A DNA stretch of 64,000 nt from Macrostomum lignano (GCA_002269645.1 NIVC01000467.1:186001-250000), one strand, 5' to 3'. Positions 1 through 13,904 are shown, counted from the stretch's first letter. The notes: generated by a model not told the origin, from the letters alone. Numbers and translations: made by a program.

Positions 1-219
1 ATGTTTTTAACAGGTTTACTGCTGACTGCTCTGCCCCCTCCCAGAGGAAGACAATATTAATAGTAGATTGCTGTAAGTCGTTGTAACTAATAGTTAAATA
101 TCTGCGCCTTACTTATTCGATTTTTTAACATTCTTCCATAGTTTTTTACTATATTTTAAACAAAAAACTTGCTTTGCTCGTATCGTTTAGTTCGCAAAAT
201 GCATTATACTATCAGATAA

Positions 220-3200
220 TCATTTATCTTGTTCGTGTTGCTTTTGCTGCTTCTGCAATTGTTGCTTACGTCTAGCCTGTTCCCGCATTCGCTTATTGAA
301 CTCTTTCGCCTTCTCGATATTCTCTCGCCGTTCCTGGAGCCGCTCGTCTGCTAATCGGCGACGCTGAACCTCTTCGAGATTTTGATAAAGCCGACGGCTG
401 TGCTCAACGGCGTTTAGTTCTTGAGCCTTGCGCTGCTCAGAGTCTTTAGTCACTACTGTCGTAGTCTTAGTATTAGTAGTAGTAGCAACGGCGCCTCTAT
501 TAGTAATATTCGCTGTTGAACTATTAGCAACTCTAGCGGCTTTCCAAGATTCTAAAGCAGTTTGAAGACGTTCAATATCGCGTTGTATATCGCTAGTTGA
601 AGACAAATTTGACTTGTCGGAATGCTTCTTCTCACTAATCTGCTGCTTTTGCTGCTTGTTCTGCTGTTTCGCTTCGGCTCGTTTTCGAACAGCTTCCGTG
701 GCCGAACGAACAGTTGCCAGGCTCGTAGCTGTACCTAGCAACGGGTCAGCTTGATTGCTAGCAGCTGACAGAGCGGCTGACGACGGCGACCCGGCACTGC
801 AGGCTGACATCACTTCTAATTCGTGTCGACGAAACGATGCAAGAGAAGCGGATGGCGACCCGGATGAAAGATCCTGCGTAGCACTAGTTGAACCGTTGGC
901 ACCGCCGTTGCTTTGGCTAATTGGATGCTGACTAATTGACGAACTACCGGCTGCTGTAGTAGAACTTTTACCTGCCAACGGTATAGTGACAGCGCCAGAT
1001 GAATTTTGAGCAACTGTTATTAGAGAGGATGAAGCAGAAACTGACGATAACGGATGCTGAGAAATTCCATCGAGACTGCCACCGACAATTTGATGAGCAG
1101 TTGCGGATGAAGAGTCCGCTAACGGATGCTGGGTAACAGCTCCGATTCCAGAGGATGCAGAGCCAGCAGCAGCAGCAGTCAGTTCGCTGCCACAAGGTTT
1201 AACAGTCGATGCAGCAGTGGTATCGGCCAGAGGTACCTGGGTAATCAGACCCGCAGTGTCTAATTCACCCGTAGATTTCGAAGAACGCGGTGCAATGCCG
1301 AAATCGCCAACTACGGTATTACCATTACCACTATTGTTAGTAAGAGTTGTAAGCGAGCCAGACAGTGGTACCTGGGTAAGAGTGCTGGCAGACTTTGCCG
1401 TGACCGTTGCAGCACCAGCCGGTAAAGTGTCTGAATCTGGCAAAGGCAGCTGGGAAAAAATTGCAACCTCAGAAGCGCCAGTAGCAGCACCAGCTGCAAT
1501 GTAATCAATTGGTCGAATTGTAAAATCTAGCGAAGATGTTGACCAGTCGGGCAGTGGCGCCTGCGAAACAGCGCCTGGAACGCCTAGCGTTGACTCTGCC
1601 ACATTTATTGCAACCGTCTCAGTTGTCTTTGTTTCAACTGACGTAGTCGCAAGAGGTAGCGTATAGGTTGGACTGGCCTCAACATTTGGCGCATGATAAT
1701 CTGCGTCATCATCAGCCACTTCATCCGTTGAGATGGTGCTCTCATCATTGCTGTCATTATCATCAACGCCTAGCGTTGCAGATTCGCTTCGATTCTGTTC
1801 GTCAGTGTCTTCAACCGCAGTTGATAGCGGCCTCTGCGATATGCCCGATGCGTCAACACCGCTGCTACTGCTGCTGCTTCTTCTGCTGGCACAGGCATCA
1901 TCGGCTGACACCGATCGCAGCTCGGCTAATCGATGCGAATTAGCTGAGAAATATTCTCGCAATAGGCGAATCTTCTGCGCCTGAATGTGCAACTGCGACG
2001 TGGCGGCTGCTGCGCCGCTACCACCGGCAATTTCGATACCGTCCGGGCACGGACTGCAAGAGTCGGCGTCGTCACTGTCGTACGCTTCGCCTCGGCCGTC
2101 GCCAAACGCTTCGGCAATAATATCGTCGGCATAGTCGGTACTACTACTATTAGTAATAGTACTCTGCTGCATTTGCTGCTTCTGACGCTGATTCGGTCGC
2201 AGGGTGGAAGAAAACGCGGCGCCAGTAATAGTGGTAGCCGTCGGAGTGTCCACTTCGGCAATCGTGCTCAACTCGTGCTGCTGCTCAACGGCCAAATTTG
2301 GATGCCGAATAGCCACAGCCGGCGGCGGAGGCCTACGGCCGGCATCGAAAATAAGAAAGAAGTCGGTCAGGCCTGTTGAATCGCGATTGTCTTCGCCAGC
2401 CGCCTGCTGCCACGCTGGCGCGGTGGCTGCTATGGGCAAAAACTCAGGCAAATAGGAAGAGGGTGTGGCGGAGGAATTAGCAGCCGATTCCGAGAAGGAA
2501 GCCGCCGCCTCAGGCTGGGCAATTAAACCCGAGAAGGATCCGGCAGTGTTATCATCAACTGGAAGCGCTTCAATGGTTGCACTACGAATGGCTTGATCAG
2601 TGCGATGATTTGGTAACGGTTCTACAGGCGCTCCGAGGCCTTCGTCTCTTGTTGCTGGGCTAAGCTGACCTTCCTGATGCTGTTGCTGGGTGTCATCAAC
2701 GATTGTATCATCCGCTGTTGCCTTAGCAACGAATGGCACCGCTTCGTCCTCCCCAGGCGTGTTGAATTTAACAGATTCACTATTAGCATCCCTATGAGCA
2801 ACGGGGACAGGTACGCTCTCATTTTCTTCGTACTCATAGTCCGTCTCAATGCTAGTTGAACTTTCATCCACGCAACTGCAACTAGCGGTAGCGAATTCCG
2901 CTTCCGCCGCAGCAACGGCAGCTGCAGCTACTGGCAACTGAGTTGGATAAGACGGTTGCTGCTGTTCCACATTAGAATTAGAAGCGGCCGCTGCGGCAGC
3001 GGCGGCTGCAGCAGCTGCAGCAGTCGTACTACCGAGACTAGCCACTAGATTATCTAACTGCGCGCGTTGCTCTTGAAGCAATCTCAATCTAAGAAATTGT
3101 TGCATTAGGTCTTCTTTTTCGCGCTCGATTTCTAATTGTCGTTTAGCCGATCGAAGCTTGGCGGCTACAGCGGCGCTCGGCGAAGATGCGGCAGCCGATG

Positions 3201-6200
3201 AGCTGCCCTGTTTACGACGTTCAACAACAACGCGATGTTCGAAGGGTCGACTTCTGCGACTGAGTCGACGGTCAGGATGTCGAGGACACGAAACTATTGA
3301 AGATCGTCCAGATTCAACAGAGTCGTTATCGTATTCGTCGTCGCCGCAGCTGCTGCAACTGCAACTTGGCGCCTGCAGTAAACTGGCACTATGACGGTCG
3401 GGACCAGCGGAAGATCTAGCAGTTTGAACACCAACGGACGCTGCCGGAGCAGCTGCGGGTGCAATGGAAGCAGCCGGTCCTCCGCCAGCGCTACTGACAG
3501 TTTGTGTCGAGCCAAGTCGCTGCAAAGCTCGACGCTGAAATTCTCTAACACGCTCGTTTAAAGTTGAAGCAGTCGAACTAGCAACGGAATCGCGGCGCTG
3601 ATTGTTGCTAGCTAGAAACGGAGCCGAATTGGCCGTTTTAACAGTGATAGCATCGGCTTGCTTTTCAGCAACAGGCTGCCTGTCGCTATCGTTATAATCG
3701 CGATAAGTCAAATCTTCGGCTCCGCTATCATTGCCTGCAGCAGCAGCAGCAGATTCATCTTGAACGCAGTCCAGCTCGCCGCCTGTTTCTCCGTGCAACT
3801 TTGCTAGCCTCTCCTCCAATATAGCGTATTCATTCTCTAAGCGCTGCAATTCGGTTTGCTCTTCAGTTAAGGGTTCCAATCTAGTTGACAATTGTTGATG
3901 CTGCTGCTGTCGCGTACGATCGCTAGATAGCGTAGCAGCCGCAGTTCTAGCTGTACTAAATCCCGAATCAGGATTTGTAACAGTGTCCCGATCGGTAGCG
4001 GCTGTCGGCTCGCCAAGGAATCGTTCCCGTTCGGCAATGTCCCGTTCAAGCGAGCGCAACCTCTCGTGCACCTGGCTGCGAATTTGGCCAGCTTCAACTA
4101 AACGCGACAAATCTAAACGCGTATCAACAGTTGATTGTTGAGTTCCATTTATTAGCTTTTTCTGTCGATTGATTCGATCAAGCAACGGCTTTAACTGTGC
4201 GGCAGGTTTCTCCGTTTTTACCGCATTCTCGCTGCCTTGATGATCCGGCTCATTCTCATTGTCAGGCGTTGGTTTCTGCGGCGATGTCTCAGTTGGTAGA
4301 GGAATCCCCGGCCTAGGTTTCGTGTCCCCTTCATCGTCTTCATCAAGATGGTCTCGCAGTTGCATTTCACTAACGGCCGGATCCGACTGCAGTAAAAATC
4401 GTTGCTCAAATACTCGCTCAGCTTGACTGCGACCAATGGACCCATTGTACAGTGTTCTACGCTGCTGCAGTTGATGGTTATCTCTAGGCAACTGGCCAAA
4501 CTGTAGCTGACGATTGTGCAACTCGGCCCTGTGCAAACCGGCCAGATCTGTCAGCATCTGTTGGTAGGCCTGCTGTACGAATTCTCTACGCATTGCTGTC
4601 TGGCCGCGAACTGCCGCTCGTTCAGTGTTGACTTCGGCCTGCCGCTCAGCGGCCTCTGCCGACGCCTGCGGTTGCGTGGAATTTTAGGGTTATAATTTAT
4701 TGTTTTGTCACGTGACTGCATTAGAAAGAAACAGGTAATCTGTGACGTGGCGTGAGTTGGCCGAATTTGGACAGAGGTTTTATCGTGCGAGCCTAGTGGT
4801 TTCTGATGTGCCAGCGGCCCAGGCTCGATGCCAAGTGCAGCCTCATTAATTTGTGGCTAAATTGGAATCTCGGCTTGGCTCTGCTCGTGCAATTAACGTC
4901 CAGCTTGAGGGCCAACCCCCAAGGCACAGTGAAGTGTACATGTCTAACAATAAACAAAATTAGGGCCGCTGTACACTCCTGTGTGTGTGTGCCTGTGCGT
5001 ATGACTGCGTACGTATCCGCGCGCTTGTGTGCCTGCTCAGGGGGTTTGGCGGAATGGAGGCAGTAATGCCTCTCGCCGATTGTGTGACAATGTCGCTTAA
5101 AGTGCGCCAAAGGGTGCACACAGCCCCCTGCCTCTAAAAAGGACGCAGAGGTTGTATTTTATATACACCTCCTAAAGTTGAAAAAGTCAGAGAAAGTGAA
5201 TCAGGGGTCACAGACGGCTGAGGATCGGCTGTCGCATGTACTCGTACGTGACAAGAAGCTTGATAGAGTGTTTTCCAGCTACAGATTGAAGCGAACTTAT
5301 TGAAGATTAGCCTGGTAATAAACCATTAGTATTAATTCATAAAATACTCGTTGATAAATTCTCACCTGACACCGCGCAGTCTCAGCCAAAGCCGCATCAG
5401 CAGCCGTCTCAACTTGCTCACAATTGTTCTCTTTATCGGACAGCGCCGCCGCTTTAGCGACCTCGTAACTGTCTGGCGGGGCGCCGTAGAATCTCGTGTC
5501 CATAGCGTCGCCGTCGCAATGGGCCACCAGAGGCGTCGGCGCTGGCGGCACCGCGTATGGCGGAGGCGGCGGCGGTGGCAGGGCGGCAATCTTAGCGGAC
5601 CGTTCGCGCTCAACAACTAGAGCGGCTTCGCGCTGGCTGGCGGCCTGTCGTTTGCGCTCGTTAGCGTTGGCGCGCGATTCGCGCAGAACGTCCAAAGCAA
5701 CGGTGTGACGCTGTTCGGCGGCCGCTTGATTCGCCGCCAACTCGGCCGCCGTCTCCACCGCCGGATCTGGCAATGCGTCGGCGGCGCGGTGACTCTGGCC
5801 CAGGCTGGCCAACGCGGCCGCGTAGGCGGACGCGAGCTCGTCGGCTTCGGCCAGCCGGTCGGCGGCTTCTTCGGCTCGTTCAGCCGAAACTATTCGGCGA
5901 GCTTCGCGGGACTCGGCCTGTCGGCATCGGCGTCGAACTCGGGCTGACCAATCGCTGGATTGTTGGCGCACCTGGTGGCATTTTATAGGGGGGGGGCATC
6001 AAATTGGATCATGGGGGCCGCCAAATTAGATCATAGGGGGGGTACCGAATTGGACCATAGAGGGCATCAAATTGGATCATGGGGCATCAAATTGGATCAT
6101 GGGGCACTAAATTGGATCATGGGCCATCAAATTGGATCATGGGGCAACAAATTGGATCATGGGGCATCAAATTGGATCATGGGGCACCAAATTGGATCAT

Positions 6201-7169
6201 GGGGCATCAAATTGGATCATGGGGCAACAAATTGGATCATGGGGCATCAAATTGGATCATGGGGCACCAAATTGGATCATGGGGCATCAAATTGGATCAT
6301 GGGGCATCAAATTGGATCATGGGGCAACAAATTGGATCATGGGGCATCAAATTGGATCATGGGGCACCAAATTGGATCATGGGGCACCAAATTGGATCAT
6401 GGGGCATCAAATTGGATCATGGGGCAACAAATTGGATCATGGGGCATCAAATTGGATCATGGGGCAACAAATTGGATAATGGGGCATCAAATTGGATCAT
6501 GGGGGCACCAAATTGGATCATGGGGCCGCCAAATTGGATCATAGGCGGGCACCAAATTGGATCATGGGGCATCAAATTGGATCATGGGGCATCAAATTGG
6601 ATCATGGGGCACCAAATTGGATCATGGGGCATTAAATCGGATAATGGGGCATCAAATTGGATCATGGGGCACCAAATTGGATCATGGGGCATTAAATCGG
6701 ATAATGGGGCATCAAATTGGATCATGGGGCACCAAATTGGATCATGGGGCATTAAATCGGATAATGGGGCATCAAATTGGATCATGGGGCACCAAATTGG
6801 ATCATGGGGCATTAAATCGGATAATGGGGCATCAAATTGGATCATGGGGCACCAAATTGGATCATGGGGGCCGCCAAATTGGATCATAGGCGGGCATCGA
6901 ATTGGATAATGGGGGCACCAAATTGGGTCATAGGGGGCACCAAATTGGATCATAGGGAGCGCTAAAGTAGAACATAGGGCGCCAAAATCGCAATAATGAT
7001 CCTCAATTGCAGTTTGCACTAAATAAATGAACCAAGCTTCAATCTGACCCACCTGACTCAAGCGCAATAGTCGTCTTCTCTGAGCTTCTAACCTAGCCGC
7101 CAATTCCAGTTCATTTGGCGATAGATGAAATTCGCCAGCTCGCAGGGTGACTGGTTTCTGTGAGTACAT
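220..7169 (-). CDS. CEP295: Centriolar protein CEP295/Ana1-like, 3 exons (7053-7169, 5366-5971, 220-4665), about 1722 aa
   Basis: All junctions are GT-AG, phase 0 and in frame. The N-terminus HLSPNELELAARLEAQRRRLLRLSQ|VRQQ...AYAAALASLGQSHR...REAALVVERERSAKIAALPPPPP matches the CEP295 N-terminal conserved region as recalled (RLSPNEE...RRRKLRLLQVREQ...LASLRSMGEGHR...ALLVEKERSAKITSLPPPPP). The C-terminus SRRLYQNLEEVQRRR...AKEFNKRMRE matches the ALMS motif. The middle is low-complexity. Confidence 0.85.
4790..5140 (+). mobile_element. tRNA-derived SINE family 1, 5'-eroded copy in CEP295 intron 2
   Basis: Near-identical along its length to the full-length copy at 29907-30284, from CCCAGGCTCGAT(G/T)CCAAGTGCAG to GGGTGCACACA(G/A)CCCC...TGCCTCTAAAAA. 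Confidence 0.85.
5993..6960. repeat. 20-bp minisatellite (GGGGCATCAAATTGGATCAT)n filling CEP295 intron 1
   Basis: Directly visible 20-bp periodicity. Confidence 0.95.
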
Positions 7170-9407
7170 GCTCACTAGATTTGATCTGGGGATAACAGAA
7201 ACCAACCAGATTTGTTTTAAACCTGGAAAAGATATATACAGGAGGTAGAATTATGTAATAATAACAGCTCATCTTCCTTACAAAATTTATTCAGGCCTTT
7301 AGACTAGACTCATAAGTGTTTTAGTAGATTTTGGACAATAATGAGTTTGTTATAAAATAAGCTTATGATCTTAATGCTTGATATACCATCTTATACATTT
7401 AACATGCTGTCACTTCTGCAATAGAAAGGCATGGCACATTTGGCATTATGCACCAACACTTTCTAAAGTGTGCTGGATAGCTATCCATGAAAAGTCAGTT
7501 TTCTAATATGGCTATAGACCTAGTTTAAAGTAATAAAGACATGCCAAATTATAGCCAGTCTCAATTTTTTCAAATATTGTATAGTAAATTTGGTAGAAAC
7601 ATATTATTGCTTAGTCTTGCACTTATAGGACATCTAATATATTATATAGTATAAAAAGCATTATGCATAATATAGTATCTGTATACTTAAAATGTTTTGT
7701 TCATAGATATGTGATAGATTACAGAAAAAATTATATATTATCTAGTATCTAATAGATTATAAAATTGCATATTATACATATATATATAGTGCAACAATGC
7801 AAAAAAGGCAAATGCCTAGCACTGTAACTTTAAAGAACCTAATAATAATATGGCAAAGCACAATAAGCAGTGCAAAGTCCCTCTAGTGGGCTTAGCCTTA
7901 GTTGTCAACATTTAAAAATACTAAGGTGTGACAAAGCAGGCCTAGCCTAATATAGGTTATATATGGGATACAATCATTTTGTCTACTATGACATTTTTTA
8001 AATTTCTTAATTTTCTAACAGACAAAACAATTATTCAATTATTCAATTTATTTATATAAAGTTGAAATTTAAATTAAAAATTGAATTTAATAAACTCAAA
8101 TAAATAATAGAATGGCTAGGCAGCTTTGTATCATTGGCATTGAATAGGCCCTAATTGTTAAGCCTTATTTAACTGTTTAGCTTCAGGTCTAATTTTAAAA
8201 GTTCTTTAAAATCCCTAATAGAGCCCAACTGAGACCAGATTTTGTTTTCAAGTAAGATTAAGCAAGAAATTTATAAAAATCAAAGATCAAGAATAAGTCA
8301 ATTGAGAATTGGAGATCAGGCTACAATTGTAAATTTGTAAAAAAAGAATAGTATGAGGGGTGTCCCAAAAGTCAATGCACTTTTTCACTACAGCCTTTTT
8401 TGACCAATCAGAAATATTAAGTCTGTTGCAGTTGAAAAAAGAATTATCTGCCTATTAAAATGACTTTCTGTTTATTTCTATATCTGCTAGCATTTTTGAG
8501 ATATGAGCACTTTTTTGCCTTACCCCCTGTGCTACTTTTACAAATTGCCATAGACCAAAGCTTTATATCAGATGGCCCATTCCATATAAGATGGACATAT
8601 TTGGAAAATAGAAAAAAGTCAATATTTTTGCTTGTCATTGCCTTATTAGCCAATTTTTTTACCAAATATTTTTTATATGTAATGTATACAATCTAAGAAT
8701 AAGAAAATGATAAAATGTTGGATTAGTATGTTATCAATTGGCAAAAAGTTATTTTTGTAAAAAATTGGACATTTTCTAAGCAAAAGACATCATTAAGTTT
8801 ATGTACCTTTAAAAAAAAATAGAAAGCTTTAGAAGGTTAAAATAAACTATATATAAAATTATAGTACTTGCATCGTCAGATAAAAACATTAGCAACCATA
8901 TAATCTATTATATTTTTAATACATTAGTACCTCAAAGTTATTGAATAGACAGAAAAAAATATGTTACAACCATAATGTTACAACCATAAGGCTGCCTTTT
9001 CTTTTGTATCTTTGTTGCCTTTTTGAGTTTATATATTCTAATAAAAGAGTATGACTTCAAAAGATGTTCTTAGTCAAATTTAAAAAAACTATTGCAAAAT
9101 ATCAAAAATGAAAAATGTTATAAGACTTTTACCTTTTAGTTTCTATATGTCAAAAATCCTGTTGTTACGACCATAAGTGCCAATCAAGGTTTAATAGCAT
9201 CTATACTAATGATGATATGAAACTTTATAAACATATTCTTGACAAAATAATCTTTCATTCAAAATATTGGTTTAGTATATTCTATTATAAGATTTCATTT
9301 TATAAGTAAAAATAGTGTTACGACCATAATTGTATAGAATGGCCCAGATGGCCAGATGCATGAAACAATGAAACATTCAACAAATCAACAAAACATCTGC
9401 AACATGA

Positions 9408-12400
9408 CCAGGTTGCGGATGGTATGCATGTACGCCGGAAAAGTTCCGGCATACAAAACGGCCACCCTAAGTCCTTGGCGTACACAATCGGCGTACACAA
9501 ACCCTGGCGCACTTTGTTGGCGTACACTATTGGCGTACACAAGTAATACAGCCACGTATACTTTTTTGGCATACAAATTTTGGTGAATAAATTCATGCCG
9601 TGCATGAGAATTGTAATGTAAATTAATGTTTTTACGTAAAGTAAAGGAAAATTTCTATCGTCAGTGATAAACATTTTGCTTCTTTTAAGTTAAAAATAAA
9701 TAAAATTAGTGTAAAATTTTGCTGGAAGTATTAATTTTGCATGATATTTTTTGTAGTTATGGCGCGCTTCAAAGCTTGGGCGCGAACAAAAGCCGCACCG
9801 CCGGCAGAGTCCGGGGCGCCGGCGTCAGCCAGCAGACAGTCGACGTAGCGCCGAGTCTTCGCCTGTCCCCGCCGGTAGGGTGCCTGCAACGTAAGTAGCA
9901 GCACCTCCTGCACCGGCTCCGGACAGTAGGCCTCGGCGCGGATGACGTGGCCTACCAGCTGGAGTCGCCGACGGCGCAGCAGATCGCTAGGACGGGCCAG
10001 GCCGGCGCGATGATAGAGCGCCGTGTTGGTGACTCGCTCGTTGCCGATCTTGAAGGCGGCGCGCAGCAGGCCAGCGTGCGCCGCGTCGACTTGAGCCTCG
10101 AGCGAGTCTGTCAGCGTCCAGGTCTCGGCGTTGTATAACAGGACGGTCTCGATCACCGCCTGGAACAGCGCCGCCCTCTGGCGGTCCGGTAGGGCCTCGG
10201 ACTGCAGGACTGACCTTATAGAACGAAAGGCAGCCCAAGCAAGTCCTCGGCGACGCCGCAGATCCTCGCGGACGTCGGGAACCAGACCGCCGAGGTAGAC
10301 GAACTGCTGACATCTTGGAAGCTCACTCGCCTGTTCGTCAGCGCCTCGGCAGAAGATTGCAGCCTCGGTGTCGTCCGGCACGCATAGCACGACGGTCTTC
10401 TGCGTGTTGACCACCAGGCCGACGCTCGCCGCAACGGCAACCAGCCTATCCAGCTGTCGTTGGGCGCCCTCGACGGTCGAGGACAGCAGGGCGAGGTCAT
10501 CGGCGTAGCCAAGCACGCTGAGCCGTCTCTCCGGTTGGCGTCGACCCACGCGTCGCCGCAGCAGGAAGCCGTCGTCGTTGGAAGGCAGAGCAGTCCGTAG
10601 CACCCAGTCAAGCACCAGAATAAATAGGAACGGCGCTAGCGTATCTCCCTGGAGCACCCCGGAGGATGTCTCGAAGAAATCCGATAGGCCGTCCGGTGTT
10701 GAGACAGCAGCCGTCGTGCCGTGGTACAGCGCCATGACAGCAGAAATCAGCAGCTCTGGCACGTTGTACGCACGGAGCACCTCTGGGAGCGCGTCCCTCA
10801 CGACCGAGTCGAAAGCCTTCCTGAAATCGACGAAGATCAGGATCAGGGTCAACTGGCGGATGCGCGCCTCCTCGATGACTCGTCGAAGAGCCAGGATCTG
10901 CGTCACTGTGCCGCGATGGGGCCGGAATCCGTTCTGCTCAGGTCGCAGGTACGGGTCCAGCACAGGCTGTAACCGCGATAGCAGCATGCGGTTGAACAGC
11001 TTCGCGGCGCAGGACTGTAGGCAGATGCCTCGATGCTCCTCGAGCTTGGTGGTGCCCGGCTTCTTTGGAATGGCGACGATGTGCGCCGTGGTCCATTCGT
11101 TTGGCGCCACCTCACCGAAAAGCACGCGGTTCATCACTCTGGCGACCTCAGTGGCCACGCAGTGGATCCGCAGCGCCTCGGTGGGCACCTCGTCCGGACC
11201 AAGCGCTTTGCCGCCCGGCGACTGCCGAGCGAACTTCACAACGTCGGCTGTGCTGACTGGGGCAACATTGAAGCTCTCCTCCGCCGGCAACGGCGTCTCC
11301 GGCGGCAGCCTCAGATTTTCTGGAAGCGGAGGGGGCGGCGCGTTGACAATGGCGGCGAAGAACTCGCGCAGCTCGTTCCTGCGCTCATCCGGAGTGTCGC
11401 CTGCCAGGTTGAGCGCGATGCGCCGCTTTCGCCCCGTCAGACTCAGAGTGTTGATGGCGGACCAGGCCACGCGCCCTCTGGCATCGGGCCCTGCGGCAGA
11501 GACGGCTTGGATGGCGTCATCGACAGCGGACTGCTGCCGCTGCAGGTAGACAGCCGCCAGAGCCTCCTCCGCCTCGCGAGTTGGCCGCCCACTTAGTCGG
11601 AGCCTCTCCAGATCTTCCCTCGCTTCGTCGATCGCGGGGTCGTCCTGCCAGACCGGCTGCCCGCGCTGGGCCGGTCGCATCAGCGGGACTGCTTGCTCCG
11701 CCGCGGCTCGAACTGCAGCGCTCACCTCCGCGTACTCGGCTCCTCCACGCTTGTCGCCCAGCGCAGTGACAAAGGCACCGGCAAAGCGACGTCGCGTCTC
11801 GGCGTCCCTGAGCGCGCGGTAGTAGCGCCGCGGTGGCTGCTTTGGCGGACGGTAGAGCGGGTCCCGAAGCCGAAGGTTGCAGATGAGCAGCCGAGCCGAT
11901 GGTCGGACCGCAGAGCCAGCGGCGCAATGGTGTGGCAGTTGGTGACGCGGCGGCGCTCACGAAAGCGCACAAGCACGTGGTCGAGCTGTGCCAGCTTCCG
12001 CGTAGCGTTCCGGCCGCGCGTTCTGCCGCCTCCGCTTGCAGCCCACGAAGGTCGCGAGCCAGCCCAGTGACTTGCGGAATCTGGTGTTGGCCGACACCAT
12101 GTCCTGTCTCTCCAGGAAGTCTTCTAGCGCTCCGGTGTTGCCGTTCTCGCGCGCTGTCACAAACAGCGATTGCTCAGACCTACGCAGAACTGTGTTCAGG
12201 TCTCCGAGAATGACCACTGTGTCACTTTGCGCCATCTCCTCCACCCGCACCGAGAGTTGCTCGAAGAAGGCCTTAGAGTTTTCTTAGAAAACTCTACTCG
12301 TGAAAACCGAATGACCTTTTTTAGGACTTTTTGGTGTACATTTTAGTGCAACTTTTTGTTTTTGGCGTACACTGGCGTACAAAGTCCTTGATGCCCGAAT

Positions 12401-12438
12401 TTTTTCCGGCGTACACGGGTACATGATCCGCACACTGG
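9408..12438. mobile_element. Non-autonomous DNA transposon (hAT-like MITE, about 0.5 kb) interrupted by an RTE-like LINE
   Basis: Imperfect TIRs CCAGGTTGCGGAT... and ...ATCCGCACACTGG, extending to GTACGCCGGAAAA. 8-bp TSD CAACATGA at 9400-9407 and 12439-12446; it could also be read as 9 bp (GCAACATGA). Repeated subterminal GGCGTACAC motifs on both sides. Confidence 0.75.
9760..12284 (-). mobile_element. RTE/RTEX-like non-LTR retrotransposon, 5'-truncated, endonuclease part frameshifted, 3' UTR missing
   Basis: ORF 9731-11725 has RT motifs (EQNGFR, FVDFRKAFDS, GVLQGDTLAPFLF, GYADD). Upstream fragments VILGDLN, NTRFRK and SDHR of an APE endonuclease lie in shifted frames (11722-12250). Homologous to the copy at 52910-55187. 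Confidence 0.9.
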
Positions 12439-13904
12439 CAACATGAAAGCTGAAGAAAGAACAGTCAAAAGTTAATCACCAACATTGTCCTAAGGCTTCT
12501 CTACATAGTCATCACTGCGCTTTCTTTATAACATTTTACACTTTCTGTATTCAATTTAATCTTGCTCAACTATTTTTAAGTTCTACTAGGCCTATTTTCA
12601 AAATTGTAAGAATTTTATGAAATAAATTTTTAAATTGTCAAGTCTTAAAATTTCAATATTAAGATTGAGATCTTAGTTGGAATCTAACATTTAGGTCTAT
12701 TAAGCACCTAAGCTACATTCTAAATTATGAATAGGCCTATGCCCAAAAATTAGGTTAAGTTAGGTCTATGTATTGGCCTTATATGCCAAAAGTTAGATAT
12801 GCATAATTGGTGCCCATTATTTGTAAGAAAATAGTATATGTATATACCTGGTATATACTTTATAGAATCATGCAGAAGAGCTATCATTAAGTGGAAAAAA
12901 ATGAAAATAATTTTAAGCTCTCTAGTTTTTAAGCTTATATTTATAATACACATTTTAACAAATGTTTGTACATATTGATTTTCCACTGTAAATAGTATAG
13001 GCAACTTAATGCAAGAAAGATAAATAATTAGCCCAATCATTAGCCAAAAAGGGTCCTTTATGCAATTCAAAAAAGTAATTACTTATTGAAACACAAACAA
13101 AGCCAAAGCCCAAAGGTCATTTATTATTGCAACACTAAAATGAAATATTAATTTAATTTACTGGAAATATGAAATAGGCCTAGTATAACTAAATAAGAGC
13201 CAATAATCAATAATTATTTACACTTACAAGCTTACAAGGACAACTCAACAATTAGGCATCCTACAATGAAAAAGGCATCCTACAATGAAGTTTCATTAGC
13301 CTAGCCTACAAGAAAACGAAAAAATGTTAAACTATTTTAAATTTTGACATTTAATGACACAACTATGACACAAAATACCTAGACTACAACCAAAAGTTGA
13401 GTTTTAGCATGTTTAGAGGGAAAACGACTCGGCTGTGAGCCGTACCAAACACTGAGAAGTGCCTAGACTTATTTTATGAAATATTTTTATATGACTAACT
13501 AAAAATCTAAGAAAAATTAGATTTTAAAACACCGCTTAGAGAAACTTAAAACAAGTAGTTAAGCAAATTTTTAACGACATGCTTTTAATAAGCCTATGCA
13601 ATTAGATTCTAGAATGTTATTTGCAAATTATAACTCTGTTATAAGGTTTTTTGAGAATTAGTTTAGTAAACTTGAAGAATATTCTTCTAAGAACTCTATA
13701 AAATAGTATCTCTATAAACAGACAAAAAAATTTCGTCTTATTTAATTATTGTTACTCCTCTGAAGCCTTTCGCAAGATATTTCGTTACCCTTATCTCAAA
13801 CCTGTTAGCCAACATTTTTAATAAATATTCAGTATTCAACTGAAAATTGCTGCAACCTGTTGTTCGTGCACAGAGTGCAATAAAACATAAGGTTTAGATT
13901 GTGA

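Noticed and set aside
816-4499. Many short ORFs overlapping the CEP295 exon in other frames or on the other strand
   Set aside because: Shadow ORFs of a GC-rich coding exon; no independent motifs.
5960-6909. Several ORFs of repeated GHQIGSW/KLDHGA peptides
   Set aside because: Translations of the 20-bp intronic minisatellite.
8352-8700. TA-TGAGGGGTGTCCCAAAAGTC, resembling a Tc1/mariner end
   Set aside because: No matching opposite TIR or transposase found; too weak to call.
9947-12287. Plus-strand ORFs (e.g. 10578-11549, 323 aa) and the similar 54049-54990 ORF
   Set aside because: Antisense shadows of the GC-rich RT ORFs.
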